A stretch of 64,000 nucleotides of DNA. Source: Macrostomum hystrix (Eukaryota; Animalia; Platyhelminthes). Below, one piece after another: positions 24,871 to 37,428 of this stretch. The notes below the pieces were generated by a model. That model did not search any database. It was not told the origin of the DNA and was given only the letters and a program-made list of their open reading frames with translations. Both the position numbers and the translations under genes were made by a program. The DNA lies in assembly GCA_950097015.1 (NCBI GenBank), contig CATNEN010000038.1:31868001-31932000 (forward strand), written 5' to 3'. The stretch's first letter is position 1. Each line of letters begins with the position of its first letter.

Positions 24871-27262
24871 CACTGAGCTCTTGTGCAAAGGTCTTTAAAG
24901 GTCTCTAAAAATTTCTTTTTTAATTACTCAAACATTTTATTAAATTGTGAGCATTTAATTTAGTTAATTAAAGCAAGTTAAAACCCATATTAGAACTCAA
25001 CCAAGATAATTAGTCATACATGCGCAACCTCCCAAATCTTAGCCGGTTGTGCGACTTAGTTTTTGCTCTATTTACAACTTAGTTTGCTCTCATTTGCTCT
25101 CTTTTTCTCTCCCCTTTTCCTTTTCTTCACGCCTTCCTTTTTGTCCCTTGGTCCCCCCTTTGATTTTTTTGCACTTGGTCAATTGGTTTTTGCGACTTAC
25201 CTTGCTTGGCCCTTGTTTCACCCGGCTGGTTTGGCCGGGTGTTGCGCATGTATTGTAATAGTGAGCAATCCTGGTCAGTTTTTTATATATGAGGCAGACC
25301 CATTTTAATACAGTATAACTTCTAAACCAAATTCCCGCCAAAAACATTTATTTTTACCTGAAGGGTTTTGTTTAAGTGTTACATTTTCCCTTGTGTGGAC
25401 AGGGACTATAAATATAACCACTCGCGGAGGCCAAAAAGACAGACTTGACATTTTGGCTAAAGGCCCCAAATAATAGCAGTGTAATAAATCAGATTGAAAT
25501 TGAGTTCTGTGTTGATTATTTCTCAGAGTTGAAGGTTGATTGGACAAAGTCATATGCTTAGAGTCAGATTGAATAAAGAAAGGAAGGTTAATAACCAGAT
25601 TGAAGCAAGGGATAAAATCCCAAATAAGAAAGGAAATTCCAGAGTGAGTTCCATATGTGTGTGGAGACTAGGCAATTTTTATCTATTGGGAGCCTTAAAG
25701 GACTGAAAAGATTGCCAATGGTTAGAGGATAATAATAGGAGTGTCTTGCTGCTCGGACATAGTCAATATAATATACTCTACCTAGAGATTTGTTTTAGGC
25801 AATTTGCACAAGTTTGCACATATACATATATATTTGAGACAGAGATTTTAGAATAAAGAAATAGGTCTCCTACATATCGTTTTTCATCAAATGACATTTT
25901 GCCAAAATATTTTTGACCCTTGGTCACTTTTTCATTTACTAATAAAGGCACTGTGAAATATTCATTATTCTGTCAGGCCTTGAGTGACAATGCTATAAAA
26001 TTGTTCATTCAATTACCTTTATACTGGAATTCATTACAAATGGCATCATTCAAATTAAGAAGAACATTGTCTCAACTTTTATTAAATGTAAAACACTAGA
26101 ATAAACATGCTGTGGCCAAAGACCTAAGACAAATTGGCCAAAGCGAAATAAATAAACAAGAATGGCAATTTGATAATTAAACAGTTAATTGATTGAATGT
26201 TGGACTTTAGTTAATTTGTGATTTGTCAATCATGGTACCTAGGCCTATTAAAATTTGTTCAGTTTCTCAAATCTCATCCAATAGGACAATATGGTGTATG
26301 ACAAAGTGACTAGGCCTAACACCTTTAGTGGGTACTCAAACACACTATATGGTCACATGGCCAAAATTGTTAATGTGTGAGCCCAGCACAAAGGAAGTGA
26401 AAAACATAAAACTTAGGCCTAAAACTGATAGTTTTCAGTTTTTTAAATGAATGATTAAATACATGACAATTAAAATGGTCACAATAAAACAGTTTGCTAG
26501 GCAAAATGTTGATAATTTTTTGCTCTTTTTCTATCTCTAGGCCTAGCAACTCCTAATGTTTCCCAACAATGCTAAGTTTTAATAAAATATATCAAATTAA
26601 TGGTTTATGGTCTTAGCAAGAACGCAGCACCAAGAACATAAGTGCGAGTGAAACTGAGTAAAAGTGAGTGAAGTGTACTTCCCACGTCTAGTTTTACATG
26701 CCAAGCTAAGCTAGCTAGCTTTACTCTTTGTTAGATATTATAATCCTATTGATCTTCTCGATCGCTAAAATGTCTTTCCTTATTCTTCTCTCGTTAAGAG
26801 AGTAACCAAATTTGCAGAATTGCTGTAAGCTTAAAGTATTCTGATAAAAAATATTCAACCTTGTTTGCTGTAAGATAGGGCACTCAGAAACGTTGAGAAA
26901 TAAAAGGCGCAATTATGAAAGTTAAATTGGCGCGAAAAGTCGGTCCCATTCAATAACTATGAAATGCACCGGAAATACGTGTCTAATAAGTTAAGGATCA
27001 CATAAAAATAAAGGCTAACAACTTCCGATTTCCATAGCTTGACAAGACATACAAGATTCCTTGCATTTTTGGTTTCTTGCTTAGTTTTTTACTTATATAA
27101 GCCACGATACCTCATTTTACCTGCGCTTCATAAGTTCTAAAATGCTCTTTTAGGAAACCTGTTGCTACTTGATTCGAATATATATAAATAATTTCACTGT
27201 GTAAATGTGTTCAATTAAAAGCAGATGCAGCCATGCACAAATAAAATTGCTATGTTTTCTAT

Positions 27263-28341
27263 TGTTGAGCACGTGTGCTGGCACTAAGCTCAAGTGCACT
27301 CGCCCCCCCCCCACGCGGCATACCGCAGTTGCTTTTGGCGTTAGATCTCAGCGGTGTAAGCCGCTTAGCCGCCATTGTGTTGTCTGCGCGCTGGTTGGCT
27401 GGGCCGCCCTGTGTGGCCCTCGCCCCAGACTGCCCCTCCCCGAGCTGAGCCGTGATTGGCCGGTGGGTAGCTGGGCTGGGGTGGTGGGGTGTGGCGTGGG
27501 GGGCCCCTGGTGAGCCGTGGCCTTTAAAGGTGCGGCCGGGGGCGGGTGGCTGCTCTGAGCTGGTGTTCTCGCTCTACCCAACGCCTGACTACCGTTTCGA
27601 TAACCCGTCCCCCACGCACAAACAATAAATATTGACCATGCAACCGGTCTGCCAGCCGCAAACAGCTCAGACGCCAGCTGCAAGAAATTTACGCGCTGCA
27701 CGCGCGAGTGCGAGCGCAAGGCAGTGAAGTAAGTCACTGCCTTGTCTCCTTCATTTCGGGTGGGCTGTAGCTGGGACCGTCCGTGTGTCCTGACGCCGAC
27801 TAAGGAGGGGGGACTAGACCAGGTAGTCAGCCAGGGGTTGTAGCTGATCATGACTTGCTACAAATGTTGCTATATAGTTAAATTCTAGAGTCGGCAAAAG
27901 CTTGAGCTTGTTTATTTAGTTTTGTCGTTTTTAAGACATTTAAGTCTTAACCGGGCGACTGTACCTAACGATAACAAGGGTCATATATAGACAAATTAGC
28001 GGTAAGGGGGAAATAAAAGTACCGTTTGAATCTTTAAATATTAAGAGTAAAAAGAAAGAAGTGAACTTGCTGCTACAGGGTCACCCTGTACTGTACACCC
28101 GCTGCTTAGACGCCAGCTCGTGCGCCCTGACGCCCTGCTAAAGGTGATCGACATCACAGCGTCCCTACGCGTGTGCCGGCCACTTGGGTGCGTCCATTAA
28201 TAAGACCATAGACCATAGACCAAAGACCCCCCAGACTAATTAGGGTCCCGTGCGGACACTCGCGCCCTGACGCAGGCCAGCACGGGCCCGCGTACTCTGA
28301 CCCTCCTAGGGGCACCCCTCCGGGGAGTCGCGAGTACAACA
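27263..28341. mobile_element. Probable solo LTR (1079 bp)
   Basis: Termini TGTTG...CAACA; 4-bp direct repeat CTAT at 27259-27262 and 28342-28345; GC-rich island in AT-rich DNA; TATA-like and AATAAA motifs at ~27870-28020 (orientation ambiguous). Confidence 0.6.
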
Positions 28342-29323
28342 CTATACTGGAAAGGCAGACGGCAGACCCTTTTATTAATATAGGCTACTTTAAAATTCAG
28401 CAACTTTCTTTCAGATTTTTTTGCTTTTTAGTTTACCTAATCAAGATAGTCCGAGATAAATACAATGCAGATGGAACTATCTGTGATAAGAAAGCTGCGC
28501 AAATCTTAACACAAAGAACTAGCACAGTGCCAAAGTTCTTGTGTAAATATTTTTGCATCACTATTGCTCTAAAATATAGTCTAACTTGTCGAATTCGACA
28601 TTTTCGTTTCATATTTAATTACGGACATTGTATTATTATCGCGGTTATGATTTAAAAATGACAATATTGTATTTTTTCTAAGAACAAGGTTGAATGGCCA
28701 CTGCCACTCAGAAGGCAGTTATTATTATTACTTATGTTGTGTGTCAGTGTTTGTATGTGTGTGTTTATGTGTGTATTTGTGTTTCAGTAACGAAAGTAAA
28801 CAATAGTTTTTTCTGTAGTTTAAAACGAAGAAATGCTGGCGAGACGAAATAAATGATCGAAATAATTTTTTGCTTTCCATGAGGCTGGTTCTGCAGCTCC
28901 TCTTGTTCATTAAACATTTTAAAATGCATTTACTTAATGGACAAAGAAATTTTTATTTATGTTTTTTATTTTTCTTTTTATATTTAATCTTAATATTTAG
29001 GTTTAACTATTTTTCACTTTAACCATCTAACAAAACAGTTTTGGCACTTTGTCAATAATTATAAATTACTTTGTCTTTAAAAAGTACTAGCTTCTTTTGC
29101 CCGTTGTTTTTGGGGCAGAAATTTAAAGCAAAGCAGTAAGCAATTCACGTCTCTGTATTAACTTTATAGTGAAGGTCACCATTTATTTATTTACTGCATT
29201 AATGAAAAGTGAAGAGTTTGTTTAAGGGCGTTTCAAGTAAAAAATAAGTGAAAAGTTTGTCCAAACAGCCCCCTCTTGATTACTTCTTTAGAAACATGTC
29301 TCTTAGCCACTCCTCTATACAGT

Positions 29324-29596
29324 CAGTGGCAGATCCAGGAATTTTGTTTTGGGGCGGTCTGTCAAGGGAGCGCCATGAGAATCACAGAGGGGGTGCCAGC
29401 GGCCGAAAAAGGGCGCCAGGAGCCAAGAAAGGGCGCCAGCGGCTGAAAAATGGGAGCCAGCGGCTGAAAAAGGGGCGCCAGCGGCCGAAAAGGGGCGCCA
29501 GTGCTGCGACTGGCGCCCCTGGTGGGGGCATCTTATTCCCATGATTAAAATTTAGGGGGGCAACTGCCCCCCTGCCCCCCCCTAAATCTGCCTCTG
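29324..29596. mobile_element. Non-autonomous hAT-type DNA transposon (MITE), 273 bp
   Basis: TIRs CAGTGGCAGATCCAGG and (reverse complement) CAGAGGCAGATTTAGG; perfect 8-bp TSD TATACAGT at 29316-29323 and 29597-29604; internal GGGCGCCAGCGGCCGAAAAA repeats. Confidence 0.88.
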
Positions 29597-30702
29597 TATA
29601 CAGTATGCATGTACACGCGTATACATAAGGAAAATAGCCATGGCATAACAATAACAATGTCAAAGAAACAAAATTAAACTGTTTCAGAGTTCAGAGTTAG
29701 ACAGGTCAAGGTCAATTCGTGACTACTTTTCTATTAATTGCTTGTAATAAATAAATAAGTAAGTAAGTAAACAAGTAAGTAAAAGAAAGTAAATTAAAAA
29801 GTATTCCATAAAAATATTTAAAATGTATTGTCTCTATTTAAAAAACATAAAGCAAGCCAGATTATTTTTTTGTTATGAATAATTTTATATCAGCCTTAAC
29901 TTATATTTTTGCCTTACAGGTTGGTAATTGATATGTAAAAAACAAAGCCACTGATGAATATGAGAAATTGGGAGTTTGTATTTACTTATATAACCTTGAT
30001 TCTTTTCACATAAGAAAATTTGAGACTTGTGACGCCAAGGTCAGGAAAGTTTGATACTGGCAAAAGTTTTTTCTGTGCTTGCTTAAGCATGATGTATGCA
30101 TTCTTGCTTAAACCTAGCCATTTAAGGCATTTGTTTTTCATTTTAGGTCTCAGTTTTATAGATTTTTAGTATCTCTATTTTTGTCTAATGATGTTATGAC
30201 AATCTAAGAATTAAAAACAGTAAATAAAACAGTTTTTTTGTTAAATTAATATGGCCCTGTAAAATAGTTCTGCCACGATTAGATACATAGATTGAAGTTT
30301 TGCACTTTAAAAGATAAGGTCAATAATAATAATAATTTTAGGAAGGTCTAAATTATAATATATATAATTTTTTTGCTGAAAGTAGGTAAATATTAAACCC
30401 AAATCACTATGCATTATATTTACTATATTAAATTGACTTAAATAGGTGAAGAGCTTGTAGCCTAAAGCTAATAAGCACAAGTATCACTATATGTATTATA
30501 AATGAATATTCCGTATCATTACTGGAGCTTAAATAAGTAAGTTAAATAAAAAAATTTTAATGAAAATAGATAATTGTTGATAAATATCGATTTGGCTAGT
30601 TTAATAGTGCACATCAGTTTTTATTACCTAAAAACCTTTCAATCAAAAGCAGAAGAAATATAAACAATCCTTTCAGCAGCAGTACTAGCTACACAGAGAA
30701 AC

Positions 30703-31557
30703 ATGGTTCGAGAGCTCATTGCCAATTCTGTGGACGAATTCAAGTCTAACTATGCCGAACTAAAAGCCGATGAGTCTTTGTCCCGTGTCTTTGTCCTTTT
30801 CATGGCTGGCACGGACCCCAACACAGGCGACAGCTGGTGTCCCGACTGTCGGAATGCAGAGCCCCACATCGAAGCCGCCGTGAAGAGCCTTGGCGACGAT
30901 GTCGCCTTCCTGGCTGTCGATGTGGGCGACCGGCCCACCTGGAAGAATCCTGATTGTCAGTTTCGACACCTGTCCGAGTGCAAAGTGTCTGGCGTGCCCA
31001 CTCTGTTTGAGATCAAGTCGGTAAGTTTTTACAGTGTACACACTGAGTCCTTAGTGTACACCCGCCATCGGTTGGCACCCACCCACTTCTTATTGCACAC
31101 TCGCTATCAGTTGGCACCCACCCCACTCCTTATTGTACACTCGCTATCAGTTGGCACCCACCCCACTCCTTATTGTTCACTCGCTATCAGTTGGCACCCA
31201 CCCCACTCCTTATTGTTCACTCGCTATCAGTTGGCACCCACCCCACTCCTTATTGCACACTCCCTATCAGTTGGCACCCACCCCACTCCTTATTGCACAC
31301 TCCCTATCAGTTGGCACCCACCCACTTCTTATTGTACACTCGCTATCAGTTGGCACCCACCCCACTCCTTATTGTTCACTCGCTATCAGTTGGCACCCAC
31401 CCCACTCCTTATTGCACACTCCCTATCAGTTGGCATGCACCCATCCTAATTGTACTTACACCTAACCTCACTCCCATTTTTTCACACCTTTCAGGGACGC
31501 GAACTGAATGGAGACGACTGTCAGGATGCTGCTAAGGTTGCAGCCTTCTTTGCTTGA
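30703..31557 (+). CDS. TXNDC17: Thioredoxin domain-containing protein 17 (TRP14), 2 exons
   Basis: Exon 1 30703-31020 (SWCPDC active site, VGDRPTWKNP, GVPTL; donor GTAAGT); exon 2 31495-31557 (tttcag|GRELNGDDCQD...*), phase 0. Confidence 0.92.
31055..31445. repeat. 40-bp minisatellite (TCGCTATCAGTTGGCACCCACCCCACTCCTTATTGTTCAC)n filling the TXNDC17 intron
   Basis: Period 40, ~9 copies. Confidence 0.93.
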
Positions 31558-31854
31558 TGCAATTTGTTAGTAGTCAGCTAACCTTGACTTAACGCCCCAG
31601 CGTCGCTTCTCTTCTGTTAATTTTTTGGATCTTAAAGAAATGTAACTAGGGATATTATTGCACATTGATTTATCAACAAACTATAAAACTGTTAGGTTAA
31701 AGTTGTCTGTGTCACAAAAGTGTTTATTGCTTTCTTAACTGTTGTAGTAATATACCCAATAAATCTGTTATTATTGATTTATTTTTGGGCCATTCCACTG
31801 TCTTTTTTGTTCACTTTTGTACTTTTTATAGAGTACTTTTATAAACTTTTATTA

Positions 31855-32125
31855 TCCAATCAACTGGCCTCTTTCGATTGGCCAATCAGCTGGCTTCTTC
31901 CAATTGGCCAATCAGCTGACCCCTTTGAACTGACCAATCAACTGGCCTCTTTCAATTGGCCAATCAGCTGGCCTCTTCCGATTGGCCAATCAGCTGGCCT
32001 CTTCCGATTGGCCAATCAGCTGGCCTCTTCCGATTGGCCAATCAGCTGGCCTCTTCCGATTGGCCAATCAGCTGGCCTATTTGAACTAGCCAATTTTTCA
32101 TTGGCCAATCAGCTAGCTTCTTTCT
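31855..32125. repeat. 26-bp minisatellite (GATTGGCCAATCAGCTGGCCTCTTCC)n
   Basis: Period 26; the unit contains the palindrome GATTGGCCAATC. Confidence 0.9.
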
Positions 32126-32907
32126 ATTAGCCTCTTGTTGACCGATGACAAAGAGCTGTGGGATGGCCCATTGTAATTTGAATAGCATCTTATACAATAA
32201 CTATTGTTTGTCAAGAATAATAGAAAATTAGTATATAAGATTTAAATAAAGAATAAAATTTCCTCTTGCCTTTATAATGGTTATGAGTTAAATTGTTTTA
32301 TTAAGTTTTTCATCATTTTCTGTTGCTTACTTTTTATATGAATTGTGTTTTCATAACCGATTAGTTTTCTTACTTAAAAAAATATCTACACTGCTTTCAG
32401 AAACTAATGCACCGTATATCATGATTGATTTTTAAATAGCTTCGAATGTATTTAATCTGCAAGGTGTTTTTTTGTTAATCAATTCCTTTTAGAAAAAAAT
32501 CGGTTATTTGTTTACCTAAAATTTATCCTACGAGCGTAAACGTCGCTTAAATTTTTTTTTCTGCTTGTTCTTCGCCCGAAGTTTCGCGAACTAATGATCT
32601 GCACGATTGCCACGTGACATAGTTTTGAAGTGTACTTTTTGCAACCGGTCAATTTTTTTCGGAAATCAGACTTTTTTTCCTACACCAAATGGCTAACTTT
32701 CAAAGCAAATACAACAAGCTTAATTATATTTACGCTTTATTATGCTGTCCCCACTGCTGGGGCGGTTTTTGTTGCAATTTTCGTTACACGTCTATCTACA
32801 ATTCAACTGCTTGAAGTAGTGCGAATAGCGTTTTTAAACGATTTTTTCTCGATTACAGGTATTAAAAGTAATCAATGCTTGTGCATGGGAAATGCATGCC
32901 AAGAAAG

Positions 32908-33503
32908 TACTGCTGCGATTCTGTAGATACGTTCCTGCTGCGATTCTGTAGATAAGTTCCTACTGCGATTCTGTAGATAAGTTCCTACTGCGATTCTGTA
33001 GATAAGTTCCTACTGCGATTCTGTAGATAAGTTCCTACTGCGATTCTGTAGATACGTTCCTGCTGCGATTCTGTAGATAAGTTCCTACTGCGATTCTGTA
33101 GATACGGTTCTTGCTGCGATTCTGTAGCTACGGTTCTTGCTGCGATTCTGTAGCTACGGTTCTTGCTGCGATTCTGAAACTGTTTCCTGCTGCGATTTTG
33201 AAGCTACGGTTTCTGCTGCGATTCTTCTGTAGCTACGGTTCCTGCTGCGATTCTGTGGCTACGATTCCTGCTGCGATTCTTTAGCTACGATTACTGCTGC
33301 GATTCTGTAGCTACGGATCCTGCTGCAATTCTGTGGCTACGGTTCTTGCTGCGATTCTGTAGCTACGGTTCTTGCTGCGATTCTGTGGCTACTGTTCTTG
33401 CTGCGATTCTTCTGCAGCTACGGATCCTGCTGCGATTCTTCTGCAGCTACGGATCCTGCTGCAATTCTTCTGCAGCTACGGATCCTGCTGCGATTCTGTA
33501 GTT
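32908..33503. repeat. 25-29-bp minisatellite (CTGCTGCGATTCTGTAGMTACGKTTC)n
   Basis: Tandem; unit length drifts from 25 to ~29 along the array. Confidence 0.92.
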
Positions 33504-33749
33504 ACGTATCATTCCGGGATATACCCAACAAATAAAAAAGACTTTAAACACTTGAATCTCTACTCTTAGTACATCGAGAATAGCAACGGAGTTGTTCGAG
33601 AGTTGATTGACTTCAGCAAGTTTAGTTTTTACTATCACAGTATAGTCAAATGGAAGCATAAAGTAGAAGACGTTAGATTTACATAAATTCGTTAATAGTT
33701 GTTGTCTTATTGGCTTAGCCATGGAGTGTTTCATCAGCACTATATCTCA

Positions 33750-34452
33750 TCACGGCAGATATCCAAGCGCAGTACCAAAGTCAACACCTGCGGCTCCGTT
33801 CGATGTGTCTGTGTCCAAGTTTATGCCCTCCAGCTGGGCTGCTGGATTTGTGGATCCTTGTCCGAGGTTGCGCTGTTGCTGCTGCTTTACGCGAGCTATT
33901 GCTGTAAACCTGATATCCCCGTTAGTGACGTCATTTCGCGGATTTTTGCGCTGATCGGTTCTGTCAGCGTTTGCAAAATTGCTTCTCAGCGCGTTACCAT
34001 AGTTACCATCTTCCATGCCGCTTTGAAGGTCGTATCCAAGGCCGTTGCTATGCCGCAGCACCGCGGCGGGCTTCGGCGCCGGTCCGCTAGGCAGGACTCG
34101 AACTCCGCCAGCTGGCGCCGCGGCCGCCGCCTGCAGGAACGGCTGCGCGGTGGCCTGCAGCCGGAGCGGCTCGCGATTTCTCGGAGGCAGCGGCGGCGGC
34201 ACCTCGGCTTCGTCGATGTACTCCGAGGCCAGATTCAACGGCTGCAGCTCTCGGTAGCGCTCGATGAGGGCCTCCTTCATCGGCTTGGGCGTCAGCAGCG
34301 GGTGGCGCATCAGCAGCAGGCGGCTTGAGTCGGCTGTTGAGTTGGGCGTGACTGTCGCCGACTCCGACGTGTCGCTGACCGTTGTCTGCGCTTGGACAAG
34401 AGTTGGCTGCGAGGTCCAGTGGTTTCTGTCGTACCACGGATTGTAACGCCAC

Positions 34453-34518
<66 letters not shown>

Positions 34519-36456
34519 CGTTTTGCGATACTCCGCACGTCGAATTCCTCAATGAAGGACAGTCCCTCAGCCTCCGAGTCAGTCAGGAACAGCTGGCACT
34601 CCAAAAACTGTATGCCGTACGGCCGCCTAGTCACAATGCACAGAATCGGTTTGTGAGTCATCCGCCTCAGCTGCCGATACTGCCGCCTGCGCAGCGGGAT
34701 GAGAATCGTGTCCGGGATCACGTCGGCGGCGTCGCAGTGCCGCCGGAAATAGCCGAATCGTCGCTTCCGGCCTTTGACAGTGTGGAAGTGGACTAGATCT
34801 ACGCTGGTCAATGCTTCGAACGGGTAGAAGTCCTGCTGAAACTGTCTGGCTCTGGAATCCCAGAACCGGAAGTTGACGCCGGAGCTGCATTGAAAAAACA
34901 AGGAAATTTTTATCTAATTTGGATCGCGTGCTAAATAAGAGTAATGTAAATAGCGAAAATTAAAATTAGCTTTTCATTTTGGTCTTGCTGGATCAATTTT
35001 TTAAGGAATTTTTTTGTTACATTGAAACTTCCTGTTTTATTTATCTTGCACTTCTGTCCTTCGGATATATCAGAACACCCACCTCAATCCACTGTCTGCA
35101 CCAACCTCACTCCACTGTCTTCACCCACCTCACTCCACTGTCTGCACCCACCTCACTCCACTGTCTAAATCAACCTCAACAACAAAATTACTCCACTGAT
35201 TAGATAGACTTCACTACACTTTTAACTTTCTAAACCTCATTCTCCGGCGTATACCCACCTCACTTCACTGTCGAGACCCACCTCAGTCCACTGTCGACAC
35301 CCACCTCAGTCCACTGTCGACACCCACCTCACTCCACTGTCGTCACCCACTTTACTCCACTGTCGAGACCCACCTCACTCCACTGTTGACACCCACCTCA
35401 CTCCACTGTCGACACCCAACTCACTCCACTGTCGACACCCACCTCACTCCACTGTCGTCACCCACCTTACTCCACCCACTACATGATGATTGACAAACTG
35501 AAACTGTCTAGGCCCAGTACCGTAAGTTGACGCCGGATCTGCATTGAAAAAAATGAAACTTATAGATAGAATTACTCCTGAAAGATGAGTGTCTTCTCGC
35601 TGGCTCTATCGATGGCTAATTCGCCCTTAACACCACCGCTGCCGCCAGAAGTCTGGAGGTTCAAATGAGCGAAGTACATCTCGCGCAAGGCTCGCTGCAG
35701 GCTTCCAAAGCCGGTGTTTGTGTGCCGATTTAAGCCCTTGAAAAAAATGTTGATTTTCTGTATCAGTCAGTTCACCTCGGAATTTCTATATTACTTAAAA
35801 ACTTTCAATTTTCTTTCAACAGTCTAATTTTCTGTGAGCTGTCTAATTTTCTGTTTGCATTCAAACGTTATTTGAGCAGTCTAATGTTCATTGAGCAGTC
35901 TAATTCTCTTTGAGCAGTCTAATGTTCAGTGAGCAGATTAATACTCTTTGAGCAGTCAGATTTTGTTTGAGAAGTCTAAGTTTCTTAGAGCAGTCAAATT
36001 TTCAGTTTACAGAAAAAAAAGTTATTTAAGCAGTCTAATGTTCTGTGAGCAGTCTAATGTTCTGTGAGCAGTCTAATGTTCTGTGAGCAGTCTAATTCTC
36101 TTTGAGCAGTCTAATGTTCTTTGAGCATTCTAATGTTCTGTGAGCATTCTAATGTTCTGTGAGCATTCTAATGTTCTTTGAGCATTCTAATGTTCTGTGA
36201 GCATTCTAATGTTCTGTGAGCATTCTAATGTTCTGTGAGCATTCTAATGTTCTGTGAGCAGTCTAATTTTCAGTTTGCAGTCAATAGTTACTTGTGCAGT
36301 CTAATTTTCTCTGAGCAGTCTTTGTGAGCAATCAAAATTCCTTAATTATGAATATCAAGTTCTGAGTATACTGACCTGCTTTCCAAGAAACGCGAATCGA
36401 TAGCCAGCCGGCTGTGCAGCAACTGATACGATTCCGCTAAATGGAGCAGAAATCAT
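33750..36456 (-). CDS. PTB/PID-like domain protein with polyQ and proline-rich tail, 3 exons
   Basis: Exons 36456-36376 (M...FAFLGKQ|GTCAGT), 35736-35576 (GFGSLQRALREMY...; phase 2) and 34884-33750 (ILCIVTRRPYGIQFLECQLFLTDSEAEG resembles a PTB-like C-terminal strand/helix). Phases are consistent; the family call is from memory. Confidence 0.7.
34454..34517. repeat. (CTG)~21 coding microsatellite (polyQ)
   Basis: Pure CTG run inside exon 3. Confidence 0.95.
35075..35480. repeat. 23-bp minisatellite (CACCCACCTCACTCCACTGTCGA)n in PTB-like intron 2
   Basis: Period 23, degenerate left edge. Confidence 0.88.
35820..36330. repeat. 19-bp minisatellite (TTCTGTGAGCAKTCTAATG)n in PTB-like intron 1
   Basis: Period 19. 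Confidence 0.9.
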
Positions 36457-36989
36457 GGCCTTCGTAAACAGCGATAAGTATACGGTATAGCTATCAAATA
36501 AGCTGTCGATTCGGTTAAACGCTGTGCGTTAATTTCAAAACTTTACATTAATTTTACGAGTCCTGGGAAATTTTCTCTGCAGTCGAGGCAGCCAACCCGC
36601 CCAGAGTTTCACACGCTGCGGTTTTTTCATCCAGAAAATGACGCCAGCGGAAAAGCTCGTGTTTGCAAAAGTAGATTGAGATGCGAAACAACGAAGTCCC
36701 TGAGCTCGAATCCGCAGAATAATAAGAATAAGAATAAGAAGAGCAGAATAAATTATAAAAGGCTAGAACATCCAGGATTGCTAATTGTAATCTTTCAGTT
36801 CTCAGATACTGGTTTTATAAAATTGAAAACATCTCACTTAAAAGTGTTGAAAACAACAATTCAGAATTTTTAAACCATTATTTGCTTTTTAGTTTGGCCT
36901 TGGCGGATACATTTTTAGGGATTTTCTGGGTATCATTAAAGCTTCTTATTTTTGTGAATCTTGCACGCGTGGCCATGGGATATATCGAA

Positions 36990-37350
36990 AAACCCACCTC
37001 ACCCCTCTGGATACACCCATCTCACTCCGCTGTCTAAACAAAACTCATTCTACAGCGTACACCCACCTCACTCCGCTGTCTAAATCAAACTCATTCTACA
37101 GCGTACACCCACCTCACTCCCTGTCTAAATCAAACTCATTTTTACAGCGTACACCCACCTCACTCCCTGTCTAAATCAAACTCATTTTACAGCGTACACC
37201 CACCTCACTCCCTGTCTAAATCAAACTCATTTTTACAGCGTACACCCACCCCACTCCCTGTCTAAATCAAACTCATTTTACAGCGTACACCCACCTCACT
37301 CCGCTTTCGACACCCACCTCACTCCGCTTTCGACACCCACCTCACTCCAC
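36990..37350. repeat. ~45-bp dimeric minisatellite (CACCCACCTCACTCCCTGTCTAAATCAAACTCATTTTACAGCGTA)n
   Basis: Period 45-47; alternates two ~23-bp variants. Confidence 0.88.
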
Positions 37351-37428
37351 TCACGATTGACAAATATCGTCATTAGGGGGTATTTATTATTTCTTCGAAA
37401 ACTTCTTCTGTTTCATTCGACTCGAATG

